A DNA stretch of 64,000 bases from Auanema rhodensis (taxonomy: Eukaryota; Animalia; Nematoda), in contig OZ059900.1 of assembly GCA_964057225.1 (NCBI GenBank), forward strand, positions 20,088,001 through 20,152,000, written 5' to 3'. Every line of letters begins with the position of its first letter. The first letter of the stretch is position 1. Both the position numbers and the translations under genes were made by a program. The notes under the pieces were generated by a model. That model ran no database searches. It had not been told where the DNA came from and saw nothing but the letters and a program-made list of their open reading frames with translations. This document shows positions 26,508 to 40,187 of the stretch, one piece after another.

Positions 26508-29500
26508 ACAACGTCTAGTTCCACTTTCACGACAAAAAAACAGGGGTTAGAAAATTAAGGAAATTAGCATATTCTGAGGGCACGCCGTTTATGGCTAATA
26601 TTGATTAAATCGATTTTTGTTCATATGAGTTGTCAAATGCAACGAATTTCAGCGTGTTACATACTAAAATGAAACATTTTACATGCTGAACACTAGAAAA
26701 ATACAAAAACATAGTATTTCCCATGAGAAATATTTTATTATGCTGGAAAACCAGTTTTTGGAAATTTCGCTGTAAACAAGGTTTTGACTTACGATTTCAT
26801 GTGTTCAAACTCATGCAATGTCAATGAAACCTAGCTCAAAATTGTTCGTACAACGTCTAGTTCCACTTTCACGACAAAAAAACAGGAGGTAGAAAATTAG
26901 GGAAATTAGCATATTCTGAGGGCACGCCCCTTATGGCTAATATTGATTAAATCGATTTTTGTTCATATGAGTCGGCAAATGCAACGAATTTCAGCGTGTT
27001 ACATACTAAAATAAAGCATTTTACATGCTGAACACTAGAAAAATACAAAAACACAGTATTTCCCATGAGAAATATTTTATTATGCTGGAAAACCAGTTTT
27101 TGGAAATTTCGCTGTAAACAAGGTTTTGACTTACGATTTCATGTGTTCAAACTCATGCAATGTCAATGAAACCTAGCTCAAAATTGTTCGTACAACGTCT
27201 AGTTCCACTTTCACGACAGAAAAACAAGGGTTAGAAAATTAGGGAAATTAGCATATTCTGAGGGCACGCCCCTTATGGCTAATATTGATTAAATCGATTT
27301 TTGTTCATATGAGTCGTCAAATGCAACGAATTTCAGCGTGTTACATACTAAAATGAAGCATTTTACATGCTGAACACTAGAAAAATACAAAAACACAGTA
27401 TTTCCCATGAGAAATATTTTATTATGCTGGAAAACCAGTTTTTGGAAATTTCGCTGTAAACAAGGTTTTGACTTACGATTTCATGTGTTCAAACTCATGC
27501 AATGTCAATGAAACCTAGCTCAAAATTGTTCGAACAACGTCTAGTTCCACTTTCACGACAAAAAAACAGGAGGTAGAAAATTAGGGAAATTAGCATATTC
27601 TGAGGGCACGCCGTTTATGGCTAATATTGATTAAATCGATTTTTGTTCATATGAGTCGTCAAATGCAACGAATTTCAGCGTGTTACATACTAAAATGAAA
27701 CATTTTACATGCTGAACACTAGAAAAATACAAAAACATAGTATTTCCCATGAGAAATATTTTATTATGCTGGAAAACCAGTTTTTGGAAATTTCGCTGTA
27801 AACAAGGTTTTGACTTACGATTTCATGTGTTCAAACTCATGCAATGTCAATGAAACCTAGCTCAAAATTGTTCGAACAACGTCTAGTTCCACTTTCACGA
27901 CAAAAAAACAGGAGGTAGAAAATTAGGGAAATTAGCATATTCTGAGGGCACGCCCCTTATGGCTAATATTGATTAAATCGATTTTTGTTCATATGAGTCG
28001 GCAAATGCAACGAATTTCAGCGTGTTACATACTAAAATGAAGCATTTTACATGCTGAACACTAGAAAAATACAAAAACACAGTATTTCCCATGAGAAATA
28101 TTTTATTATGCTGGAAAACCAGTTTTTGGAAATTTCGCTGTAAACAAGGTTTTGACTTACGATTTCATGTGTTCAAACTCATGCAATGTCAATGAAACCT
28201 AGCTCAAAATTGTTCGTACAACGTCTAGTTCCACTTTCACGACAGAAAAACAAGGGTTAGAAAATTAGGGAAATTAGCATATTCTGAGGGCACGCCCCTT
28301 ATGGCTAATATTGATTAAATCGATTTTTGTTCATATGAGTCGTCAAATGCAACGAATTTCAGCGTGTTACATACTAAAATGAAGCATTTTACATGCTGAA
28401 CACTAGAAAAATACAAAAACACAGTATTTCCCATGAGAAATATTTTATTATGCTGGAAAACCAGTTTTTGGAAATTTCGCTGTAAACAAGGTTTTGACTT
28501 ACGATTTCATGTGTTCAAACTCATGCAATGTCAATGAAACCTAGCTCAAAATTGTTCGTACAACGTCTAGTTCCACTTTCACGACAAAAAAACAGGGGTT
28601 AGAAAATTAAGGAAATTAGCATATTCTGAGGGCACGCCCCTTATGGCTAATATTGATTAAATCGATTTTTGTTCATATGAGTCGTCAAATGCAACGAATT
28701 TCAGCGTGTTACATACTAAAATGAAGCATTTTACATGCTGAACACTAGAAAAATACAAAAACACAGTATTTCCCATGAGAAATATTTTATTATGCTGGAA
28801 AACCAGTTTTTGGAAATTTCGCTGTAAACAAGGTTTTGACTTACGATTTCATGTGTTCAAACTCATGCAATGTCAATGAAACCTAGCTCAAAATTGTTCG
28901 TACAACGTCTAGTTCCACTTTCACGACAAAAAAACAGGGGTTAGAAAATTAAGGAAATTAGCATATTCTGAGGGCACGCCCCTTATGGCTAATATTGATT
29001 AAATCGATTTTTGTTCATATGAGTCGTCAAATGCAACGAATTTCAGCGTGTTACATACTAAAATGAAGCATTTTACATGCTGAACACTAGAAAAATACAA
29101 AAACACAGTATTTCCCATGAGAAATATTTTATTATGCTGGAAAACCAGTTTTTGGAAATTTCGCTGTAAACAAGGTTTTGACTTACGATTTCATGTGTTC
29201 AAACTCATGCAATGTCAATGAAACCTAGCTCAAAATTGTTCGTACAACGTCTAGTTCCACTTTCACGACAAAAAAACAGGGGTTAGAAAATTAAGGAAAT
29301 TAGCATATTCTGAGGGCACGCCCCTTATGGCTAATATTGATTAAATCGATTTTTGTTCATATGAGTCGTCAAATGCAACGAATTTCAGCGTGTTACATAC
29401 TAAAATGAAGCATTTTACATGCTGAACACTAGAAAAATACAAAAACACAGTATTTCTCATGAGAAATATTTTATTATGCTGGAAAACCAGTTTTTGGAAA

Positions 29501-32500
29501 TTTCGCTGTAAACAAGGTTTTGACTTACGATTTCATGTGTTCAAACTCATGCAATGTCAATGAAACCTAGCTCAAAATTGTTCGTACAACGTCTAGTTCC
29601 ACTTTCACGACAAAAAAACAGGGGTTAGAAAATTAAGGAAATTAGCATATTCTGAGGGCACGCCCCTTATGGCTAATATTGATTAAATCGATTTTTGTTC
29701 ATATGAGTCGTCAAATGCAACGAATTTCAGCGTGTTACATACTAAAATGAAGCATTTTACATGCTGAACACTAGAAAAATACAAAAACACAGTATTTCCC
29801 ATGAGAAATATTTTATTATGCTGGAAAACCAGTTTTTGGAAATTTCGCTGTAAACAAGGTTTTGACTTACGATTTCATGTGTTCAAACTCATGCAATGTC
29901 AATGAAACCTAGCTCAAAATTGTTCGTACAACGTCTAGTTCCACTTTCACGACAAAAAAACAGGGGTTAGAAAATTAAGGAAATTAGCATATTCTGAGGG
30001 CACGCCGTTTATGGCTAATATTGATTAAATCGATTTTTGTTCATATGAGTCGTCAAATGCAACGAATTTCAGCGTGTTACATACTAAAATGAAACATTTT
30101 ACATGCTGAACACTAGAAAAATACAAAAACACAGTATTTCCCATGAGAAATATTTTATTATGCTGGAAAACCAGTTTTTGGAAATTTCGCTGTAAACAAG
30201 GTTTTGACTTACGATTTCATGTGTTCAAACTCATGCAATGTCAATGAAACCTAGCTCAAAATTGTTCGTACAACGTCTAGTTCCACTTTCACGACAAGAA
30301 AACAGGAGGTAGAAAATTAGGGAAATTAGCATATTCTGAGGGCACGCCCCTTATGGCTAATATTGATTAAATCGATTTTTGTTCATATGAGTCGGCAAAT
30401 GCAACGAATTTCAGCGTGTTACATACGAAAATGAAGCATTTTACATGCTGAACACTAGAAAAATACAAAAACACAGTATTTCCCATGAGAAATATTTTAT
30501 TATGCTGGAAAACCAGTTTTTGGAAATTTCGCTGTAAACAAGGTTTTGACTTACGATTTCATGTGTTCAAACTCATGCAATGTCAATGAAACCTAGCTCA
30601 AAATTGTTCGTACAACGTCTAGTTCCACTTTCACGACAAAAAAACAGGGGTTAGAAAATTAAGGAAATTAGCATATTCTGAGGGCACGCCGTTTATGGCT
30701 AATATTGATTAAATCGATTTTTGTTCATATGAGTCGTCAAATGCAACGAATTTCAGCGTGTTACATACTAAAATGAAACATTTTACATGCTGAACACTAG
30801 AAAAATACAAAAACATAGTATTTCCCATGAGAAATATTTTATTATGCTGGAAAACCAGTTTTTGGAAATTTCGCTGTAAACAAGGTTTTGACTTACGATT
30901 TCATGTGTTCAAACTCATGCAATGTCAATGAAACCTAGCTCAAAATTGTTCGTACAACGTCTAGTTCCACTTTCACGACAAAAAAACAGGAGGTAGAAAA
31001 TTAGGGAAATTAGCATATTCTGAGGGCACGCCCCTTATGGCTAATATTGATTAAATCGATTTTTGTTCATATGAGTCGGCAAATGCAACGAATTTCAGCG
31101 TGTTACATACTAAAATGAAGCATTTTACATGCTGAACACTAGAAAAATACAAAAACACAGTATTTCCCATGAGAAATATTTTATTATGCTGGAAAACCAG
31201 TTTTTGGAAATTTCGCTGTAAACAAGGTTTTGACTTACGATTTCATGTGTTCAAACTCATGCAATGTCAATGAAACCTAGCTCAAAATTGTTCGTACAAC
31301 GTCTAGTTCCACTTTCACGACAGAAAAACAGGGGTTAGAAAATTAGGGAAATTAGCATATTCTGAGGGCACGCCCCTTATGGCTAATATTGATTAAATCG
31401 ATTTTTGTTCATATGAGTCGTCAAATGCAACGAATTTCAGCGTGTTACATACTAAAATGAAGCATTTTACATGCTGAACACTAGAAAAATACAAAAACAC
31501 AGTATTTCCCATGAGAAATATTTTATTATGCTGGAAAACCAGTTTTTGGAAATTTCGCTGTAAACAAGGTTTTGACTTACGATTTCATGTGTTCAAACTC
31601 ATGCAATGTCAATGAAACCTAGCTCAAAATTGTTCGTACAACGTCTAGTTCCACTTTCACGACAAAAAAACAGGGGTTAGAAAATTAAGGAAATTAGCAT
31701 ATTCTGAGGGCACGCCGTTTATGGCTAATATTGATTAAATCGATTTTTGTTCATATGAGTCGTCAAATGCAACGAATTTCAGCGTGTTACATACTAAAAT
31801 GAAACATTTTACATGCTGAACACTAGAAAAATACAAAAACATAGTATTTCCCATGAGAAATATTTTATTATGCTGGAAAACCAGTTTTTGGAAATTTCGC
31901 TGTAAACAAGGTTTTGACTTACGATTTCATGTGTTCAAACTCATGCAATGTCAATGAAACCTAGCTCAAAATTGTTCGAACAACGTCTAGTTCCACTTTC
32001 ACGACAAAAAAACAGGAGGTAGAAAATTAGGGAAATTAGCATATTCTGAGGGCACGCCGTTTATGGCTAATATTGATTAAATCGATTTTTGTTCATATGA
32101 GTCGTCAAATGCAACGAATTTCAGCGTGTTACATACTAAAATGAAACATTTTACATGCTGAACACTAGAAAAATACAAAAACATAGTATTTCCCATGAGA
32201 AATATTTTATTATGCTGGAAAACCAGTTTTTGGAAATTTCGCTGTAAACAAGGTTTTGACTTACGATTTCATGTGTTCAAACTCATGCAATGTCAATGAA
32301 ACCTAGCTCAAAATTGTTCGAACAACGTCTAGTTCCACTTTCACGACAAAAAAACAGGAGGTAGAAAATTAGGGAAATTAGCATATTCTGAGGGCACGCC
32401 CCTTATGGCTAATATTGATTAAATCGATTTTTGTTCATATGAGTCGGCAAATGCAACGAATTTCAGCGTGTTACATACTAAAATGAAGCATTTTACATGC

Positions 32501-35500
32501 TGAACACTAGAAAAATACAAAAACACAGTATTTCCCATGAGAAATATTTTATTATGCTGGAAAACCAGTTTTTGGAAATTTCGCTGTAAACAAGGTTTTG
32601 ACTTACGATTTCATGTGTTCAAACTCATGCAATGTCAACGAAACCTAGCTCAAAATTGTTCGTACAACGTCTAGTTCCACTTTCACGACAGAAAAACAAG
32701 GGTTAGAAAATTAGGGAAATTAGCATATTCTGAGGGCACGCCCCTTATGGCTAATATTGATTAAATCGATTTTTGTTCATATGAGTCGTCAAATGCAACG
32801 AATTTCAGCGTGTTACATACTAAAATGAAGCATTTTACATGCTGAACACTAGAAAAATACAAAAACACAGTATTTCCCATGAGAAATATTTTATTATGCT
32901 GGAAAACCAGTTTTTGGAAATTTCGCTGTAAACAAGGTTTTGACTTACGATTTCATGTGTTCAAACTCATGCAATGTCAATGAAACCTAGCTCAAAATTG
33001 TTCGTACAACGTCTAGTTCCACTTTCACGACAAAAAAACAGGGGTTAGAAAATTAAGGAAATTAGCATATTCTGAGGGCACGCCCCTTATGGCTAATATT
33101 GATTAAATCGATTTTTGTTCATATGAGTCGTCAAATGCAACGAATTTCAGCGTGTTACATACTAAAATGAAGCATTTTACATGCTGAACACTAGAAAAAT
33201 ACAAAAACACAGTATTTCCCATGAGAAATATTTTATTATGCTGGAAAACCAGTTTTTGGAAATTTCGCTGTAAACAAGGTTTTGACTTACGATTTCATGT
33301 GTTCAAACTCATGCAATGTCAATGAAACCTAGCTCAAAATTGTTCGTACAACGTCTAGTTCCACTTTCACGACAAAAAAACAGGGGTTAGAAAATTAAGG
33401 AAATTAGCATATTCTGAGGGCACGCCCCTTATGGCTAATATTGATTAAATCGATTTTTGTTCATATGAGTCGTCAAATGCAACGAATTTCAGCGTGTTAC
33501 ATACTAAAATGAACCATTTTACATGCTGAACACTAGAAAAATACAAAAACACAGTATTTCTCATGAGAAATATTTTATTATGCTGGAAAACCAGTTTTTG
33601 GAAATTTCGCTGTAAACAAGGTTTTGACTTACGATTTCATGTGTTCAAACTCATGCAATGTCAATGAAACCTAGCTCAAAATTGTTCGTACAACGTCTAG
33701 TTCCACTTTCACGACAAAAAAACAGGGGTTAGAAAATTAAGGAAATTAGCATATTCTGAGGGCACGCCCCTTATGGCTAATATTGATTAAATCGATTTTT
33801 GTTCATATGAGTCGTCAAATGCAACGAATTTCAGCGTGTTACATACTAAAATGAAGCATTTTACATGCTGAACACTAGAAAAATACAAAAACACAGTATT
33901 TCCCATGAGAAATATTTTATTAAGCTGGAAAACCAGTTTTTGGAAATTTCGCTGTAAACAAGGTTTTGACTTACGATTTCATGTGTTCAAACTCATGCAA
34001 TGTCAATGAAACCTAGCTCAAAATTGTTCGTACAACGTCTAGTTCCACTTTCACGACAAAAAAACAGGGGTTAGAAAATTAGGGAAATTAGCATATTCTG
34101 AGGGCACGCCCCTTATGGCTAATATTGATTAAATCGATTTTTGTTCATATGAGTCGTCAAATGCAACGAATTTCAGCGTGTTACATACTAAAATGAAGCA
34201 TTTTACATGCTGAACACTAGAAAAATACAAAAACACAGTATTTCCCATGAGAAATATTTTATTATGCTGGAAAACCAGTTTTTGGAAATTTCGCTGTAAA
34301 CAAGGTTTTGACTTACGATTTCATGTGTTCAAACTCATGCAATGTCAATGAAACCTAGCTCAAAATTGTTCGTACAACGTCTAGTTCCACTTTCACGACA
34401 AAAAAACAGGGGTTAGAAAATTAAGGAAATTAGCATATTCTGAGGGCACGCCCCTTATGGCTAATATTGATTAAATCGATTTTTGTTCATATGAGTCGTC
34501 AAATGCAACGAATTTCAGCGTGTTACATACTAAAATGAAGCATTTTACATGCTGAACACTAGAAAAATACAAAAACACAGTATTTCTCATGAGAAATATT
34601 TTATTATGCTGGAAAACCAGTTTTTGGAAATTTCGCTGTAAACAAGGTTTTGACTTACGATTTCATGTGTTCAAACTCATGCAATGTCAATGAAACCTAG
34701 CTCAAAATTGTTCGTACAACGTCTAGTTCCACTTTCACGACAAAAAAACAGGGGTTAGAAAATTAAGGAAATTAGCATATTCTGAGGGCACGCCCCTTAT
34801 GGCTAATATTGATTAAATCGATTTTTGTTCATATGAGTCGTCAAATGCAACGAATTTCAGCGTCTTACATACTAAAATGAAGCATTTTACATGCTGAACA
34901 CTAGAAAAATACAAAAACACAGTATTTCCCATGAGAAATATTTTATTATGCTGGAAAACCAGTTTTTGGAAATTTCGCTGTAAACAAGGTTTTGACTTAC
35001 GATTTCATGTGTTCAAACTCATGCAATGTCAATGAAACCTAGCTCAAAATTGTTCGTACAACGTCTAGTTCCACTTTCACGACAAAAAAACAGGGGTTAG
35101 AAAATTAAGGAAATTAGCATATTCTGAGGGCACGCCGTTTATGGCTAATATTGATTAAATCGATTTTTGTTCATATGAGTCGTCAAATGCAACGAATTTC
35201 AGCGTGTTACATACTAAAATGAAACATTTTACATGCTGAACACTAGAAAAATACAAAAACACAGTATTTCCCATGAGAAATATTTTATTATGCTGGAAAA
35301 CCAGTTTTTGGAAATTTCGCTGTAAACAAGGTTTTGACTTACGATTTCATGTGTTCAAACTCATGCAATGTCAATGAAACCTAGCTCAAAATTGTTCGTA
35401 CAACGTCTAGTTCCACTTTCACGACAAAAAAACAGGAGGTAGAAAATTAGGGAAATTAGCATATTCTGAGGGCACGCCCCTTATGGCTAATATTGATTAA

Positions 35501-38500
35501 ATCGATTTTTGTTCATATGAGTCGGCAAATGCAACGAATTTCAGCGTGTTACATACTAAAATGAAGCATTTTACATGCTGAACACTAGAAAAATACAAAA
35601 ACACAGTATTTCCCATGAGAAATATTTTATTATGCTGGAAAACCAGTTTTTGGAAATTTCGCTGTAAACAAGGTTTTGACTTACGATTTCATGTGTTCAA
35701 ACTCATGCAATGTCAATGAAACCTAGCTCAAAATTGTTCGTACAACGTCTAGTTCCACTTTCACGACAAAAAAACAGGGGTTAGAAAATTAAGGAAATTA
35801 GCATATTCTGAGGGCACGCCGTTTATGGCTAATATTGATTAAATCGATTTTTGTTCATATGAGTCGTCAAATGCAACGAATTTCAGCGTGTTACATACTA
35901 AAATGAAACATTTTACATGCTGAACACTAGAAAAATACAAAAACATAGTATTTCCCATGAGAAATATTTTATTATGCTGGAAAACCAGTTTTTGGAAATT
36001 TCGCTGTAAACAAGGTTTTGACTTACGATTTCATGTGTTCAAACTCATGCAATGTCAATGAAACCTAGCTCAAAATTGTTCGTACAACGTCTAGTTCCAC
36101 TTTCACGACAAAAAAACAGGAGGTAGAAAATTAGGGAAATTAGCATATTCTGAGGGCACGCCCCTTATGGCTAATATTGATTAAATCGATTTTTGTTCAT
36201 ATGAGTCGGCAAATGCAACGAATTTCAGCGTGTTACATACTAAAATGAAGCATTTTACATGCTGAACACTAGAAAAATACAAAAACACAGTATTTCCCAT
36301 GAGAAATATTTTATTATGCTGGAAAACCAGTTTTTGGAAATTTCGCTGTAAACAAGGTTTTGACTTACAATTTCATGTGTTCAAACTCATGCAATGTCAA
36401 TGAAACCTAGCTCAAAATTGTTCGTACAACGTCTAGTTCCACTTTCACGACAAAAAAACAGGGGGTAGAAAATTAGGGAAATTAGCATATTCTGAGGGCA
36501 CGCCCCTTATGGCTAATATTGATTAAACCGATTTTTGTTCATATGAGTCGTCAAATGCAACGAATTTCAGCGTGTTACATACTAAAATGAAGCATTTTAC
36601 ATGCTGAACACTAGAAAAATACAAAAACACAGTATTTCCCATGAGAAATATTTTATTATGCTGGAAAACCAGTTTTTGGAAATTTCGCTGTAAACAAGGT
36701 TTTGACTTACGATTTCATGTGTTCAAACTCATGCAATGTCAATGAAACCTAGCTCAAAATTGTTCGTACAACGTCTAGTTCCACTTTCACGACAAAAAAA
36801 CAGGGGTTAGAAAATTAAGGAAATTAGCATATTCTGAGGGCACGCCGTTTATGGCTAATATTGATTAAATCGATTTTTGTTCATATGAGTCGTCAAATGC
36901 AACGAATTTCAGCGTGTTACATACTAAAATGAAACATTTTACATGCTGAACACTAGAAAAATACAAAAACATAGTATTTCCCATGAGAAATATTTTATTA
37001 TGCTGGAAAACCAGTTTTTGGAAATTTCGCTGTAAACAAGGTTTTGACTTACGATTTCATGTGTTCAAACTCATGCAATGTCAATGAAACCTAGCTCAAA
37101 ATTGTTCGTACAACGTCTAGTTCCACTTTCACGACAGAAAAACAGGGGTTAGAAAATTAAGGAAATTAGCATATTCTGAGGGCACGCCCCTTATGGCTAA
37201 TATTGATTAAACCGATTTTTGTTCATATGAGTCGTCAAATGCAACGAATTTCAGCGTGTTACATACTAAAATGAAGCATTTTACATGCTGAACACTAGAA
37301 AAATACAAAAACACAGTATTTCCCATGAGAAATATTTTATTATGCTGGAAAACCAGTTTTTGGAAATTTCGCTGTAAACAAGGTTTTGACTTACGATTTC
37401 ATGTGTTCAAACTCATGCAATGTCAATGAAACCTAGCTCAAAATTGTTCGTACAACGTCTAGTTCCACTTTCACGACAAAAAAACAGGGGGTAGAAAATT
37501 AGGGAAATTAGCATATTCTGAGGGCACGCCCCTTATGGCTAATATTGATTAAATCGATTTTTGTTCATATGAGTCGGCAAATGCAACGAATTTCAGCGTG
37601 TTACATACTAAAATGAAGCATTTTACATGCTGAACACTAGAAAAATACAAAAACACAGTATTTCCCATGAGAAATATTTTATTATGCTGGAAAACCAGTT
37701 TTTGGAAATTTCGCTGTAAACAAGGTTTTGACTTACGATTTCATGTGTTCAAACTCATGCAATGTCAATGAAACCTAGCTCAAAATTGTTCGTACAACGT
37801 CTAGTTCCACTTTCACGACAAAAAAACAGGAGGTAGAAAATTAGGGAAATTAGCATATTCTGAGGGCACGCCCCTTATGGCTAATATTGATTAAATCGAT
37901 TTTTGTTCATATGAGTCGGCAAATGCAACGAATTTCAGCGTGTTACATACTAAAATGAAGCATTTTACATGCTGAACACTAGAAAAATACAAAAACACAG
38001 TATTTCCCATGAGAAATATTTTATTATGCTGGAAAACCAGTTTTTGGAAATTTCGCTGTAAACAAGGTTTTGACTTACGATTTCATGTGTTCAAACTCAT
38101 GCAATGTCAATGAAACCTAGCTCAAAATTGTTCGTACAACGTCTAGTTCCACTTTCACGACAAAAAAACAGGAGGTAGAAAATTAGGGAAATTAGCATAT
38201 TCTGAGGGCACGCCCCTTATGGCTAATATTGATTAAATCGATTTTTGTTCATATGAGTCGGCAAATGCAACGAATTTCAGCGTGTTACATACTAAAATGA
38301 AGCATTTTACATGCTGAACACTAGAAAAATACAAAAACACAGTATTTCCCATGAGAAATATTTTATTATACTGGAAAACCAGTTTTTGGAAATTTCGCTG
38401 TAAACAAGGTTTTGACTTACGATTTCATGTGTTCAAACTCATGCAATGTCAATGAAACCTAGCTCAAAATTGTTCGTACAACGTCTAGTTCCACTTTCAC

Positions 38501-40187
38501 GACAAAAAAACAGGGGGTAGAAAATTAGGGAAATTAGCATATTCTGAGGGCACGCCCCTTATGGCTAATATTGATTAAATCGATTTTTGTTCATATGAGT
38601 CGGCAAATGCAACGAATTTCAGCGTGTTACATACTAAAATGAAGCATTTTACATGCTGAACACTAGAAAAATACAAAAACACAGTATTTCCCATGAGAAA
38701 TATTTTATTATGCTGGAAAACCAGTTTTTGGAAATTTCGCTGTAAACAAGGTTTTGACTTACGATTTCATGTGTTCAAACTCATGCAATGTCAATGAAAC
38801 CTAGCTCAAAATTGTTCGTACAACGTCTAGTTCCACTTTCACGACAAAAAAACAGGAGGTAGAAAATTAGGGAAATTAGCATATTCTGAGGGCACGCCCC
38901 TTATGGCTAATATTGATTAAATCGATTTTTGTTCATATGAGTCGGCAAATGCAACGAATTTCAGCGTGTTACATACTAAAATGAAGCATTTTACATGCTG
39001 AACACTAGAAAAATACAAAAACACAGTATTTCCCATGAGAAATATTTTATTATGCTGGAAAACCAGTTTTTGGAAATTTCGCTGTAAACAAGGTTTTGAC
39101 TTACGATTTCATGTGTTCAAACTCATGCAATGTCAATGAAACCTAGCTCAAAATTGTTCGTACAACGTCTAGTTCCACTTTCACGACAAAAAAACAGGAG
39201 GTAGAAAATTAGGGAAATTAGCATATTCTGAGGGCACGCCCCTTATGGCTAATATTGATTAAATCGATTTTTGTTCATATGAGTCGTCAAATGCAACAAA
39301 TTTCAGCGTGTTACATACTAAAATGAAGCATTTTACATGCTGAACACTAGAAAAATACAAAAACACAGTATTTCCCATGAGAAATATTTTATTATGCTGG
39401 AAAACCAGTTTTTGGAAATTTCGCTGTAAACAAGGTTTTGACTTACGATTTCATGTGTTCAAACTCATGCAATGTCAATGAAACCTAGCTCAAAATTGTT
39501 CGTACAACGTCTAGTTCCACTTTCACGACAAAAAAACAGGGGTTAGAAAATTAAGGAAATTAGCATATTCTGAGGGCACGCCCCTTATGGCTAATATTGA
39601 TTAAATCGATTTTTGTTCATATGAGTCGTCAAATGCAACGAATTTCAGCGTGTTACATACTAAAATGAAGCATTTTACATGCTGAACACTAGAAAAATAC
39701 AAAAACACAGTATTTCCCATGAGAAATATTTTATTATGCTGGAAAACCAGTTTTTGGAAATTTCGCTGTAAACAAGGTTTTGACTTACGATTTCATGTGT
39801 TCAAACTCATGCAATGTCAATGAAACCTAGCTCAAAATTGTTCGTACAACGTCTAGTTCCACTTTCACGACAAAAAAACAGGGGTTAGAAAATTAAGGAA
39901 ATTAGCATATTCTGAGGGCACGCCCCTTATGGCTAATATTGATTAAATCGATTTTTGTTCATATGAGTCGTCAAATGCAACGAATTTCAGCGTGTTACAT
40001 ACTAAAATGAAGCATTTTACATGCTGAACACTAGAAAAATACAAAAACACAGTATTTCCCATGAGAAATATTTTATTATGCTGGAAAACCAGTTTTTGGA
40101 AATTTCGCTGTAAACAAGGTTTTGACTTACGATTTCATGTGTTCAAACTCATGCAATGTCAATGAAACCTAGCTCAAAATTGTTCGT

